Source of the DNA: Zygnema circumcarinatum SAG 698-1b
Taxonomy: Eukaryota > Plantae > Zygnematophyceae
DNA: 64,000 bases
NCBI GenBank assembly: GCA_037447605.1
Contig: CM074817.1
Location: 2,480,001-2,544,000 of the forward strand
Reading direction: 5' to 3'
In this document: positions 53,711 through 64,000 of the stretch, in pieces
Layout of the letters: each line of letters opens with the position of its first letter
Numbering within the stretch: the stretch's first letter is position 1
Made by a program: the position numbers and the translations under genes
Notes under the pieces: generated by a model
Seen by the model: only the letters and a program-made list of their open reading frames with translations
Told to the model about the DNA's origin: nothing
The model's database searches: none

Positions 53711-54704
53711 CATGTTACCAAGCCTTCTCCGCCCCTCGCCTACGAATGAGGACCACCTCGGAGAGGACTGCTGGCCAAAATGCCTCGTGTCATTCGTGCC
53801 TTGCCTCCTTGGTCCGTCTGCATTTGCATCGCGTGGATAATGCTTCGACATCGTATCAAGTGGCTGCTGAATAAATTGTGCCACGAGCTGCTGAACTGAA
53901 CCACTGGCCGCGTTGTCAATCACGGATGCGATCACGCGCGCGTTTCCCGTCAGTCTGAGCTCATCTTGCGAGTAATCAATCCACCTGTGCGTCAAGACTC
54001 CAACAACCTCGCGGTCACACACAGGACGCCCGTTGATCTTCTCAAACAGCGCATCTTGCCACTTGTACCGTCGCAGAAGCCGCGTCGCACCGACGCGCCT
54101 GACAGTCCGTGCAATGAGAACAGGATGTCTGAGCCTGTCGATGCTGACACGCTGGGAGGGGGGGAGGGAGGGAGGGAGGGAGGGAGGGAGGGAGGGAGGG
54201 AGGGAGGGAGCCGACGCGAGAGAGGGGGTGGCTGCGGGACATGCCTCGATATTTGCACTGCAGCGTGCTGGTGTTTTACTTGACTCGTTTACAGAATTTC
54301 CAACGCTTGGGACAGTAATTCAGTGCAATGTAGCAGATCTGATGGCGAACGATGGCATTTACCAAGAGACTGTGATCCATGCCACCAGCTTGCAGCACTT
54401 TCAACATTGAGAGCTTTTTAACCAAGAATTTGTAAACTAGACCAAAACATATGTTGATAAGATAATCTTGCTAGGCTTTTGGAGTGCGAGTTCCATTGGG
54501 AACAGCACTATAACCACACAGAAAAAAACTCGAAAACACTTACACACACAAAATCGTGCAACTCAACTCAATCGCACACATCCCATCCCTCCCTCATTCT
54601 CACGCGCACAAAGGCAATGCTTTGTAAACGTACCAATGCCATTCGGCGGGCTATAATCCTACAAACCTTTATAGGGACACAAGTTGTAAGCTGGATATAA
54701 GGAT
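53711..54704 (-). CDS. Unrecognised spliced ORF (hypothetical protein, at least ~209 aa from two exons)
   Basis: Stop-free exons 54285-54470 (62 codons) and ~53711-54151 (~147 codons) join in phase 0 across a 133-nt GT..(CCCT)nCCCAG intron. A possible upstream exon lies at 54604-54704. No family is recognised, and the start and end are undetermined. Confidence 0.5.
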
Positions 54705-56011
54705 CTACCAAACAAGGGAAACAACGCCGGTTTCATTCATACCAGCCACTAGCAACTACTCACACTTTTAACAATTAAATTTGTACACAAAGCCATTTCA
54801 TATATACAAGGTTTCGAATTTTTTAAACGCATACCATCAAGTTGTTGTGTGTCCGGTTCTCTCGATTCACTGGTCTCTACACATTTTACAATTTCGTACA
54901 AGTTTACAATTGTCTCTTGGTTTCAAATTGTGGCTTGTGTCTTGTGTGATACTGTGAGTTCCTTTTTTTGCCCAAGGGTCGGGCCGCGCCTTCACATGCG
55001 CGAACTGAACGCGCAAGGGATTGCGTACTACGCGTACGCGGCGGCTAAGCTGCCTTCGAAACCACCAGGACCACTCCTTCTCCAAGCGGCGACTTTGCCG
55101 TTGCGTTGCTTGTCACGCAACTGCGAATTCACTCCATGCGAATGCCTTCCTGGCGGCATCGTGTCCGCCCATTTCATCGACGGTTCTTCGCGAGCTGCGA
55201 AATCAAGCATAACTATGGTTATTCTTTTTATGGTTATTTTTTCATTGTCGGAACTGAACTGAACTAGCCCTTTCTATGCGAGGATCAGAAATCTGGGGTA
55301 CGGACATGGATAGGCCAGTTCTACGGGAACGGCGACAGTAACGGGTGGAAATTTGGAGATCCGTTGAGCCAATGAGGGCCGGTCGCCAGAACCATCGTTC
55401 AATCCCTGGATGCCACGTGCAAAAAAAAATAATGAAATAGTGACGTGACACGGTTTGATTGATTGAATTCGCGAGCTGTTGAATTCTTTTTAAAAAAAAA
55501 ATAGAAAAATTGGAGTTAGCGGTGTCGTTTTCCGGGCGTGATAATAAGGGCCTCGCGCGTAGGTCGGCTCATGCGTAGGTCGGTGCCAAGTGGACGTGCC
55601 AACTGACAATAGGGACCAGATTCGGTAGCCGTACGATCCGACTCTCGCCCGTGTGAAAATTTCATCCTGACCATGAACTCGTTTTCAGTTTTTTTTCATA
55701 TCAGTTCCGAAGTTCAACGGAAATAAAAATTAAAAAAAATACAGAAAATGAGATTTTATTCTGACAGTTCAATTCCGTACAATGGAATTCCCTACTACCA
55801 GTAGGTTTGAACTTTGAACAATTAAATATGTTGGCTAACTCGGTGCCCAAAAACCTCGAAGTGTCTCTCCCTCCACTGTGATGGGACTCTCGCTCCCCCT
55901 CTATCTCCCACTCTCGCTCCCTCTCTCTGTCGCTCGCTCGCTCCTCTCCCTCGCTCGCTCCTCTCTCCCCTCCTGCCTAGTTCTTTCCCGTCGTCCTCTC
56001 TGTACCGTCTG

Positions 56012-56042
<31 letters not shown>

Positions 56043-56688
56043 GCTCTCTCTCTCTATCTCTCTCACTCTCTCTCTCTCTCCTCCTCTTCCTGTCCTCCGT
56101 TTCCCGGTCTCTCTCCCTCCCCTCTCCACTCTCCCCTGCGCTCCTCGTTTCTCTCTTAACCCTTCACGTCCGCTTTCTCCCTCTTCTTCCCTCCCCCTCC
56201 TCGCCCCCTCTTTTCTTTCTCCTCCCTCCCTCTCTCCCTCCCTCCTCCCTCCCTCCCTCCCTCCCTCCCTCCCTCCTCCTCCCTCCTCCCTCCCTCCCTC
56301 CCTCCCTCCCTCCCTCCCTCCCTCTCCCTCCCTCCCTCCCTCTCCCTCCCTCCCTCCTCCCTCCCTCCCTCCCTCCCTCCCTCCCTCCCTAGCGCCCCCT
56401 CCCTCCCTCCCTCCCTAGCGCCCCCTCCCTCCCTCCCTCCCTCCCTCCCTCCTATGTGAGCCGTGCAGCAGTGCAGATGCAGTGCACGGGCGAGGAATTA
56501 GAGGAGAGGCGGCGACAAAACGCGCAGGTCTGCCGCCGCCATTCGCGGTAGGCGAACAGGCTGGCGGGAGGGGGAGGAGGGGCGGCGGGAGGGAGAGGGA
56601 GAGGGGGAGGGGGAGGGGGAGGGAGAGGGGGAGGGAGAGGGGAGGGAGGGAAGGGAGCGGGGGGCGGAAGAGGGGGCCCGAGGCCGCC

Positions 56689-59251
56689 ATGGCAGCAGAT
56701 GACCCTGAGCTTCACGCCGCACAGCGCACAGCCGCAGGGGGGAAGGCCGGAGGGGCTCGTGCAGGTGAGTTGGCGGGGTTTGGCGGGGAGGGAGGGAGGG
56801 AGGGAATGGATGCAGGGTGAGAGGGATGGGGAGGAGTAGAGGGGGGGGGGGGGGGGAGGGGGGGGGGGGGGTTGGTTTGGGGAAGGGAGGAGGGGAAAGA
56901 GGGGGAGGGAGGGAGACGAGGGAGTGCGGGAGAGAAACGAGGGAGTGGGAGTTGGAGGGTAGAGTGGGGTGCGGGAGCGTCGAGTGTGAGAAGGTCATTG
57001 CAGTAATCAAGGGTAGTAGGCAAGAGGAGAGTAGGAGAGACGAGGGAGTGACTCGGGGTGGTGCGGGCTTTGGGGAGCAGGCGGGGGTGGGGAGGTTCAG
57101 TGAGAACGAGCGATCCGCAGGCTTCCTTCTCTCACAACGCGCGATGTCACTGATGGAGGGGGTGGTCGTCCGCCCGCAGAAACTCTCCAAGCCGCGGAAC
57201 GGGCGCAAGCCGACAAAGCGCGAGCGGACCATGTTCATCTCCATCAGCAAGGCCAACTTCCAGGTGAAGAATGTCAACATTGCTCTCCCTCTCTCTCCCT
57301 CGTCCATCTCTCCCTTCCTCCCTTCCTCCCTTCCTCCCTTCCTCCCTCCCTCCCTCTCTCGGTTCCCCCTCCCTCGCCAGTTTTAGCCTAAGAGTACGGA
57401 CGGAATGTGCTTAAATGATCAGTGTAAAGTTTTGCCGTGTTACATTTTCTTTTAGTTGTTGACAAATTTCCGAGCCCGAGTAAAAGCCGCCGGGAGATAG
57501 GTTAAAAAAGAAAGATCATTAATAACCTCTTCATTAAGCAAAATCTCCAGTTTATGTGTTGATTGAACGGGTATTGACTGACCGAGAAGAGATGGAATGA
57601 TCTTTAAGTATTGTTCGGTGAAGGAGGGGTTTGGTAACCGTTTCAGTGATGGGGGTTCTTTTAAATTTTGTGTGGAGTCTTTGTTGGGTTGGGAAGGGGG
57701 GAACACGAAGGAAAGAAAGGGAGAGGGTGGGGAGACAAGAATTAGGGTTATTTCTTTTCTTTCTTGAGGTGGAAAACTCTTGTCCTCTGCCACGCTTCTG
57801 CTGCTCCGTCCTGTCTTGAATGAGTGAATTATAATGAATTTTCTTATAATCAAGATAACTGAATTTATATAAAGTTTACTGGCTTTGGGTATCCTGCAGG
57901 CTCTTGTTCAAGAGCTCACAGGCTCTCCAACAGAAACAGTTCCACATGAACATCCTTCCCCCCCCGGACCTGAACCTGCTAACCATAAAGCTCCATCTCC
58001 CTCTCCCTCTACTAGTGAGAGTGGCGGCTCTCATGGTCCAAAGGCAGCCATGGCTGACATGACAACGCAGTCCCCCTTCTCATCTCCTCCAATAGCAGGA
58101 GTTAGACATAGAGAGTCGCACGGAACAGAGACAAAATCTTTCAACTACCTTAGGGAGCAAAGGGGGGGCTCTCAAGGGGACACTGTGAGAGGGTTGGAGG
58201 TGGAGAGGGGAGGTTTCTGGGGTGGTAGTGAGAGGAGGGAGGGAGGGAATGATGGTAGTGATAGTGTTGCGAAAGGGAGTAGAGAGAGAGAGGCTGAATT
58301 AAGCCTCAATCTTAATAGGCCTTTTCAGCAGAGGCAAGAACCCATAGTGAGGGAGTCGGCAGGATCAGACCAAAGCTCCGATTGGGGTTCTCCTTCAACC
58401 TCCTTCATTGAAGCTGATGTTTCGTCAAAAAGAGAGTGGGGACATGGGGTAGATAGAGACAACGAAAACACATTTGGGGATGACCCAGATGAAGAAAACC
58501 CATATCTAAAGTATCGGAAAATGCTGAGAAGTAGAAGGCAGCGGACGAGTAGAAGTGTCAGGGAGGTGCACGACTTGGAGGAGGGGATACTGGTCTATGA
58601 CCAGGACGTGGAGAGGGAGAGGCAGAGGGAGAGAGAGGGGGAGAGGGAGAGGGAGAGGGAGTGGGAGAGGGAGAGGGAGAGGGAGAGGGAGAGGGAGAGG
58701 AGAGGGAGAGGGAGAGGGAGAGGGAGAGGGAGGGAGAGGAGAGGAGAGGGAGAGGGAGAGGGAGAGGGAGAGGGAGTGGGAGAGGGAGAGGCTACAGACT
58801 CTTAGACCGGAGCACAAAGCTGAACTAGATACAGGGCCTTCCATAGAGTTAGAGCTTAGATCTGGAAGCCGATCAAGTACAGCCGAGCCTTCTGCAGGAG
58901 GAGGAGGAGGAACTTTCATGTTTGAAGGAGAAGAGAGAAGCTCCTACCCCTCTCTCCCCTCTCTCTCTCACAGCGGGAGGGAGACCTCCCTTCAGCCTCA
59001 GCCTGTGGGGGGCCGCAATTCAGACTCTGCAGCACTTCAGCTCTCACAAATCGACCGAGTCTACGAAAGTTTGTGTGCTTCCCAAGAAGCGCATAGAACT
59101 GCGTTTCCATCGGGTGCAACGGAAACGGAACTGCCCACGGAACTGCGAACTGAGGCTCTGTGCAGGGGGGGGGGAACCGCCCCTTCAGAGGGGCTCCAAT
59201 GGCACATAATTGAAAGGAGGCAGAAGGAGGAGGAGGAGGGGGGGGGGGGGG
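56689..59251 (+). CDS. VQ-motif-containing protein, 3 exons visible, apparent frameshift in a (GAGAGG)n tract, runs into gap 59252
   Basis: Exons 56689-56764 (GCCGCCATGG context), 57121-57263 (...RTMFISISKANFQ), 57900- (ALVQELTGSP...). The spliced product gives FQALVQELTG, which fits FxxhVQxhTG. The coding-like sequence continues in another frame after ~58790 (LQTLRPEHKAELDTG...). Confidence 0.85.
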
Positions 59252-60976
59252 NNNNNNNNNNCCCCCCCCCCCACCTCCCCTTTTTTTTTTTTGGTGTTTT
59301 TTCAGACCCCATTTCTTGGTTCGCCTGCAAGTGGTTTAGCCCCTTTAGCCCTTCATTTTGTGTTTTCTTGAAGAAAATGAAAATGACAATGAAAATGAAA
59401 ATGAAAATTGTTATTTGAGTGAGTTTTAGGGGCGCTATTCTTTGTAGACTAAGAGACTGGTTCTATGCAGGAACTGGGATAGAGGGAGAACTGAAATTGA
59501 ACTGAAAGCAGTTAAATTAAATTGAGGTTTGTTTTTAGGTCTTAAAAAATCAAAGCGCTGCGTTTCAGCGTGTTTGTCTTTTAACCTTTTTCAGATCTGA
59601 AGATTTTTTACGATGTGGTATTTTTTTTTTTTTTGGTGATGATTATTAGTCGCAAATAATGGGATGATTGGATGCCATACACATGTGATATATTTTTCGA
59701 GGGGTGTTTTTGTTGAATTGTTTTGTTGGTTATAAATTTGATGTGTTCATTCTCATCTTTCTTTTCATCCCCCTTTTTTTTTTTTTTAAACATGCGAGCA
59801 ACCAAAATTGAGCCAAAGTGGGCCAAAAAGTAAGGTGGTGTATCCAAAGTTGAACCCAAGTGGATCCCATGCCAAACTCTGGATCGACTTTTCCGATCCA
59901 CTTCCAGATCCACCCCAAAGCTCAAAACTAGGAGAGGCATATAAAGAAAGTAAACTCACAAAAGAACAAAAATGGGATCCGATCGGGAAATAAGATTTCT
60001 GGGAGATCCTGTCGCTGTCACGATTTCTCGTGACTCGACACGTCGTTTTCTGCCGGAAAATACAAAATATCTTTAAATCACATCAGCCAATGATAAGTCG
60101 ACACGTCAGCATTACATTTCCAAGTGACGTTTGTAGCTCGGTGAAATTATCAACACCCTGAAAGTCAACGCAGACGTGGCCAGTCGGTTCGTGACACGTC
60201 GCCCAGTGACGATTTTTCCGTGCTTTCATTGGGCCACTTGTCATGATATTTCTTCATGGCCAATCAGAGGCTTGCCAGACGGCGACTATCCGGCTGTCCG
60301 ACTCGCTCGTGCGGCAGGTACAACGTGTACGGTCACTTTTTGTCGCGATGGGTGAGCCAGCTGGTCAAACCCGGCCAAGTTCGATCCGACCCGCCGTACG
60401 GTGTGCCAGCGGTTGACCCGGGCGAGTTCCCGTACTTGACAAAGTGCTCGAGATACAGTAGCGCCACAGGCAGCGCCACTTTCCATACAGTCCGTACAGT
60501 GGATTCGCCATCTGGAAGCTCCCTGGGACCCAACGACTACAGGTACCATGTATGCATGGCTGCATGAGACGGTTGCCCAGGCATGCATGGATCCATCAAA
60601 TGTATGGCATGTACGAACCAAATGTACGTACGGAAACGTCGCCAGTGGCGTGGCGACAAATCGACTAGTCAGATCATATCAGCTGGCACATCCGACGGCC
60701 GTCGAAGGCCGCAGGTTTTACGGCCCATAAAAACCCTAAAAACCATAAGAAAATCGAACAAGCCGCCTAACCATGTCAACCACGTGGCATATTCGCATTG
60801 GTCCACGTGTCCATCCGTACCATCTGGCTGACCTTACCGTACGTTCATGATCAACGTTGGTCGCAACATCCAAGTGGACCTGCTCCACCGCGTGAATTGA
60901 TCCACCGCGGGATGTTGAAGAGAAGTGACTGCTGCCCTTAGCCCTAATTCTAACCCTAACGGGGGGAGGGAGGCTG

Positions 60977-61007
<31 letters not shown>

Positions 61008-61067
61008 GGAGAGGGAGGAGGCAGGGGGCGAGGAGGAGGACGTGGAGAGGGAAGGGAGGGGGAGGCC

Positions 61068-63973
61068 ATGGCGGCGCAGTTGAAGAAATTCAAGGAATCC
61101 TTTTCTGTCTCTCTCAGGGACGCCGCACGTGTGAGTAATTAGGGTTAGGGTTCATCAATATATGTGAGCCTTCCGGGTTCCGATTTAGGGTTTTATGTTT
61201 TGAAATTTCTCTTGAAATCTTTGGGTTTTAGGGTGGCGCGGTCCCTCCTCTTCATGATGTTCGATTGTCTTCAGCTTGAAGCAACTGAATATCTATGGTT
61301 CAGCTCTCTCTCTCCCCCTCTCTCTCTCTTTCTCTCTCTCTCTCTCTGCCTCTCTCTCCCCCCACTCTCACTCTTTCCCTCCCGCTCTCCCTCTCCCTCT
61401 CTCTCCGCCTCAAGTTCTTCCTTTCTCCTAATTTCCCTCCCCCTGCCTTCCCCACCCCCCCCCGCCTGGAGCAGCTGCTGGAGCGGCCCGCACGTGCGGG
61501 CCCCTCCGCCATCTCGCGGGAGCAGTGGGCGGAGGCGGCCGAGGAGGTCGCGCTGGAGGCCACCAGAGGTGCGCTGAGGCCCTCCTTCCCGGGCTTCATG
61601 CATGCATGCATGGCGCACCAAACTATGCATGTGCATGCATGCATGGATCATGCATGCTCTTTTGCAGTGAGGTCGGAGTGCATGCCATCACAGAAGTGGG
61701 GATTGGGTTGTTCAAACATGGATACTGTCTAGCAATGGTTTCATGGTTACTGGCTTCTGCATTGCGGTGTGTTTGTAGCTCAAGGTCGATTTCTTGTTGG
61801 CTGAGGCAGTCAGTCATCATCTCTTGTCATTGGCTAGAGCAATTTGTGGAGATGTGCCATGGAACAATATCTTGATAGTATTGAACATATCGATAGTATT
61901 AAATATCTCGATACCGTCAAATATCGCGTCAATCCAATATCTCGATGTTATCAAATATCTCGATACCACTGAATATCTCGATGATATCGAACATGTGGAT
62001 ATCATTAAATACTTCGATATTTACTATTATCCTGAGACGGATACTATCCCGTTCCGATAGTATGAACAGGCCCGCGTTTTTGGCGCCTTCAATTTTTCCG
62101 CCCGTGCGAGCACCACCGTGTCCGGCCTTGCCGGCCTCCGCACGTGTGGTCGGTCACCTTTCGTCGGAACCGCCGCCGCCCGAATCTGCGTCTTTTGTCG
62201 GTGTCGTGTCGCACACGTGTCCGTGTCTGACAGGTGTCGTTCCAGCGATTCGACAGCCCTGGTCCTACTTGTCGGTGGAGGTCTCGGGGTCGTGGTGTAC
62301 GAATATGTACGGAGGAGATCTTACTATTGTCGTCTTTCTCAGGTTACCGCGTTGATGATTTTGTCTTCGAGCTCTGTTCAAATTCTGGATGTCGGTTTTA
62401 CACGACACGTGTCGCTTATCTGACAGGTTGCTTGCCAGCCCGGATTTTCTGGAACTGTCGTTTTAAGAGGGGATGTACGGTTATGTACGGACGATCTTTC
62501 TTTTGTCGTTTTTTACTCCGGATCCGACCCGATAGCTCTATGAAATCGACAAATTGACCTAGTTGATTTTCTTGTCGTTTTTATACTTTTGTCCGATCCA
62601 GTGAAGCTTCATCCTCATTTCGTTCCGAGAACGCGCTGGAAAAAAAATTAACGGTCAAAATGCCAAATTTTTTGCTCCCTCTTTTTTATCTGCCCTAACT
62701 CCTCGGGCTTCCAAAAAAATCAATGTCTTAATTAAAAGGAAAAAAAATAATGTTTCGAAAGTTTCTACCTTTTTAGTCCCACCTAGTGTTCCGTACTATA
62801 CACCTTGAGGTTCGATACAGTGGATAATATCGTATTAATACAGTATTATACACTGGAAAATAATACTCGGGTGCTAGTGTTGAGATCCGTAGAAACAGAC
62901 GTAGAGTCGTACGGTACTTTTGTATGGAAGTAGTGTACGGAATTGTACGGACCGAGTCACGCGTGTTGAGTGTTTAGCAAGCAAGTGACGTGAATCCCTA
63001 GACCCTTTGCCCCTTCTACTACTTGTACTTCTTGTTGGAAGAGGAGGAAGGAGGAGTTCGCTTTGAAGGGGAATTGTTGTTTAGCTCCACAGACTTTGAT
63101 GGGTTGTTGCACAATCCAACCCTCATGCCAGATAGTGCACTCTTCGGTGAGAACTTGGGTGGGTGCTGGCATTGAGGACGGTAGTCTTGCCAGATTGATC
63201 TGAATAATTATAGCATCATCAATGAAATGAATGATTCACTTGCCTTCTTTGGGTGTGATTATTATAAATAGTAAAAGAAGAAAAAAGGTGTGGCTTTTTT
63301 TGTTGTGTGCATAAAGAGTTTTCATCATCATTTTGTTGTTGCTCTTCTTCTCTTGTCCTTCTTGTGATGCCTTCACCGCTGTGGGTAGTAGCACTACCAC
63401 ATGGTCCATCATCACCGTCCCCTTTTAAACTGCTCTTGTGGACTTATTTTTCCATACAACTATTTTGAGACTAGTATAAGGTGTCTTAAAGCTGCCTTAC
63501 GGCTTGAACCTTCAATTATTATATTCAATCTCTGTCTAACTAGCAAAAAAACGAAGAAAAGTCGTTAAATACATATAAGTACATTGTATTTTAAAATTTG
63601 GTATATTACACACGTATAATACGGGGTATTATACACGCATACAACTAGCCCCACCCTCAAAAACCTTCCCAACCCTAAAACCCTACCCCCCCTTTCTAAC
63701 CAATAAGAAGCCTGCCTCACACGTGCCTGGTCGCCCTCCCAGTGGCCCTTGTGTGGAGCCAGCGGCCCAGCGCGCGCGAGGGTCTCCCCCTATTGGAGGC
63801 GTTTTGGCGCGCAGTGCTCTCCGCCCTCGCCCTCCTCTCTGCGCAGGCGCAAGCTGGCACGTGCGGGGGGGCGGTGGGGCCCACGCTTGTGGCGGCGCTG
63901 AGGGCGCGGGCGGCGGCGTTGGCGGAGGGGGCCATCGTGCTCGTGGGGGGGGCCGTGGACATGCACGCGAGGG
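61068..63973 (+). CDS. GCIP / cyclin-D1-binding protein 1 (CCNDBP1)-like, 5' part; gene continues beyond the window
   Basis: Exons 61068-61130, 61475-61568, 63743-~63973 give ...WAEAAEEVALEATRVALVWSQRPS...LEAFWRAVLSALALL...GGAVGPTLVAALRARAAALAEGAIVLV. From memory this resembles the plant GCIP-family N-terminus (QATIVGMLW...GAGPTL). Not database-verified. Confidence 0.65.
61865..62030. repeat. Degenerate 18-bp tandem repeat (AATATCTCGAT-core), ~9 copies, in GCIP-like intron 2
   Basis: Units include aatatcttgatagtattg, aatatctcgataccgtca, aatatctcgatgttatca, aatatctcgataccactg, aatatctcgatgatatcg. Confidence 0.85.
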
Positions 63974-64000
63974 GTGGGTACAAGGGGGAGGAGGGGTTTA

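Noticed and set aside
53895-53990. Plus-strand GRVVNHGCDH resembling the SET-domain NHSC motif
   Set aside because: There is an in-frame stop just upstream and no ELxxDY motif. It is the antisense frame of the longer open minus-strand exon.
61228-61300. Extra GCIP-like exon (VARSLLFMMFDCLQLEATEYLW)
   Set aside because: Its phase is incompatible with the phase-0 donor of exon 1; the phase-0 reading hits a stop.
62957-63460. Short minus-strand ORFs in GCIP-like intron 2
   Set aside because: Multiple stops in all frames, no recognisable motif and no consistent splice chain.

Overview
Eukaryotic nuclear DNA from a fragmented scaffold with many 10-N gaps. It is most consistent with a streptophyte green alga or plant. 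The evidence is GT-AG introns full of GA/CT microsatellites, TTTAGGG-like motifs, and plant-type genes (LRR, root-cap, VQ, type-B response regulator); a Zygnematophyceae-like origin is an inference. Spliced genes I could rebuild by hand: an LRR gene or gene pair built from 72-nt exons (-, 4311-10203), an SLC43/LAT3-like MFS transporter (+, 13177-19254), a secreted PAN/Apple-like plus root-cap-domain protein (-, 21491-23631), GPI mannosyltransferase III/PIG-B (+, 24369-28700, 3' end lost in a gap), mitochondrial-type release factor 1 (-, 29184-32982, 3' end lost in the same gap), CTD phosphatase CPL4-like (+, 33324-36057, middle lost in a gap), a type-B response regulator (+, 43682-50924), an unrecognised spliced ORF (-, ~53711-54704), a VQ-motif protein (+, 56689-~59250) and a GCIP/CCNDBP1-like gene (+, 61068 to the window end). 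The intergenic region 37.2-41.6 kb is a nest of non-autonomous DNA transposons with readable TIRs and TSDs: a TA-flanked Tc1/mariner-type MITE holds two Mutator-like foldback elements, one inserted in a telo-box (AAACCCTAA). A further TA-flanked TIR family sits next to it. Four near-identical 0.75-1.4 kb duplications abut N-gaps and are most likely assembly artefacts. Most long six-frame ORFs (ER/GE/RG/SL/LP dipeptide runs) are microsatellite artefacts. I found no rRNA, tRNA or CRISPR array.
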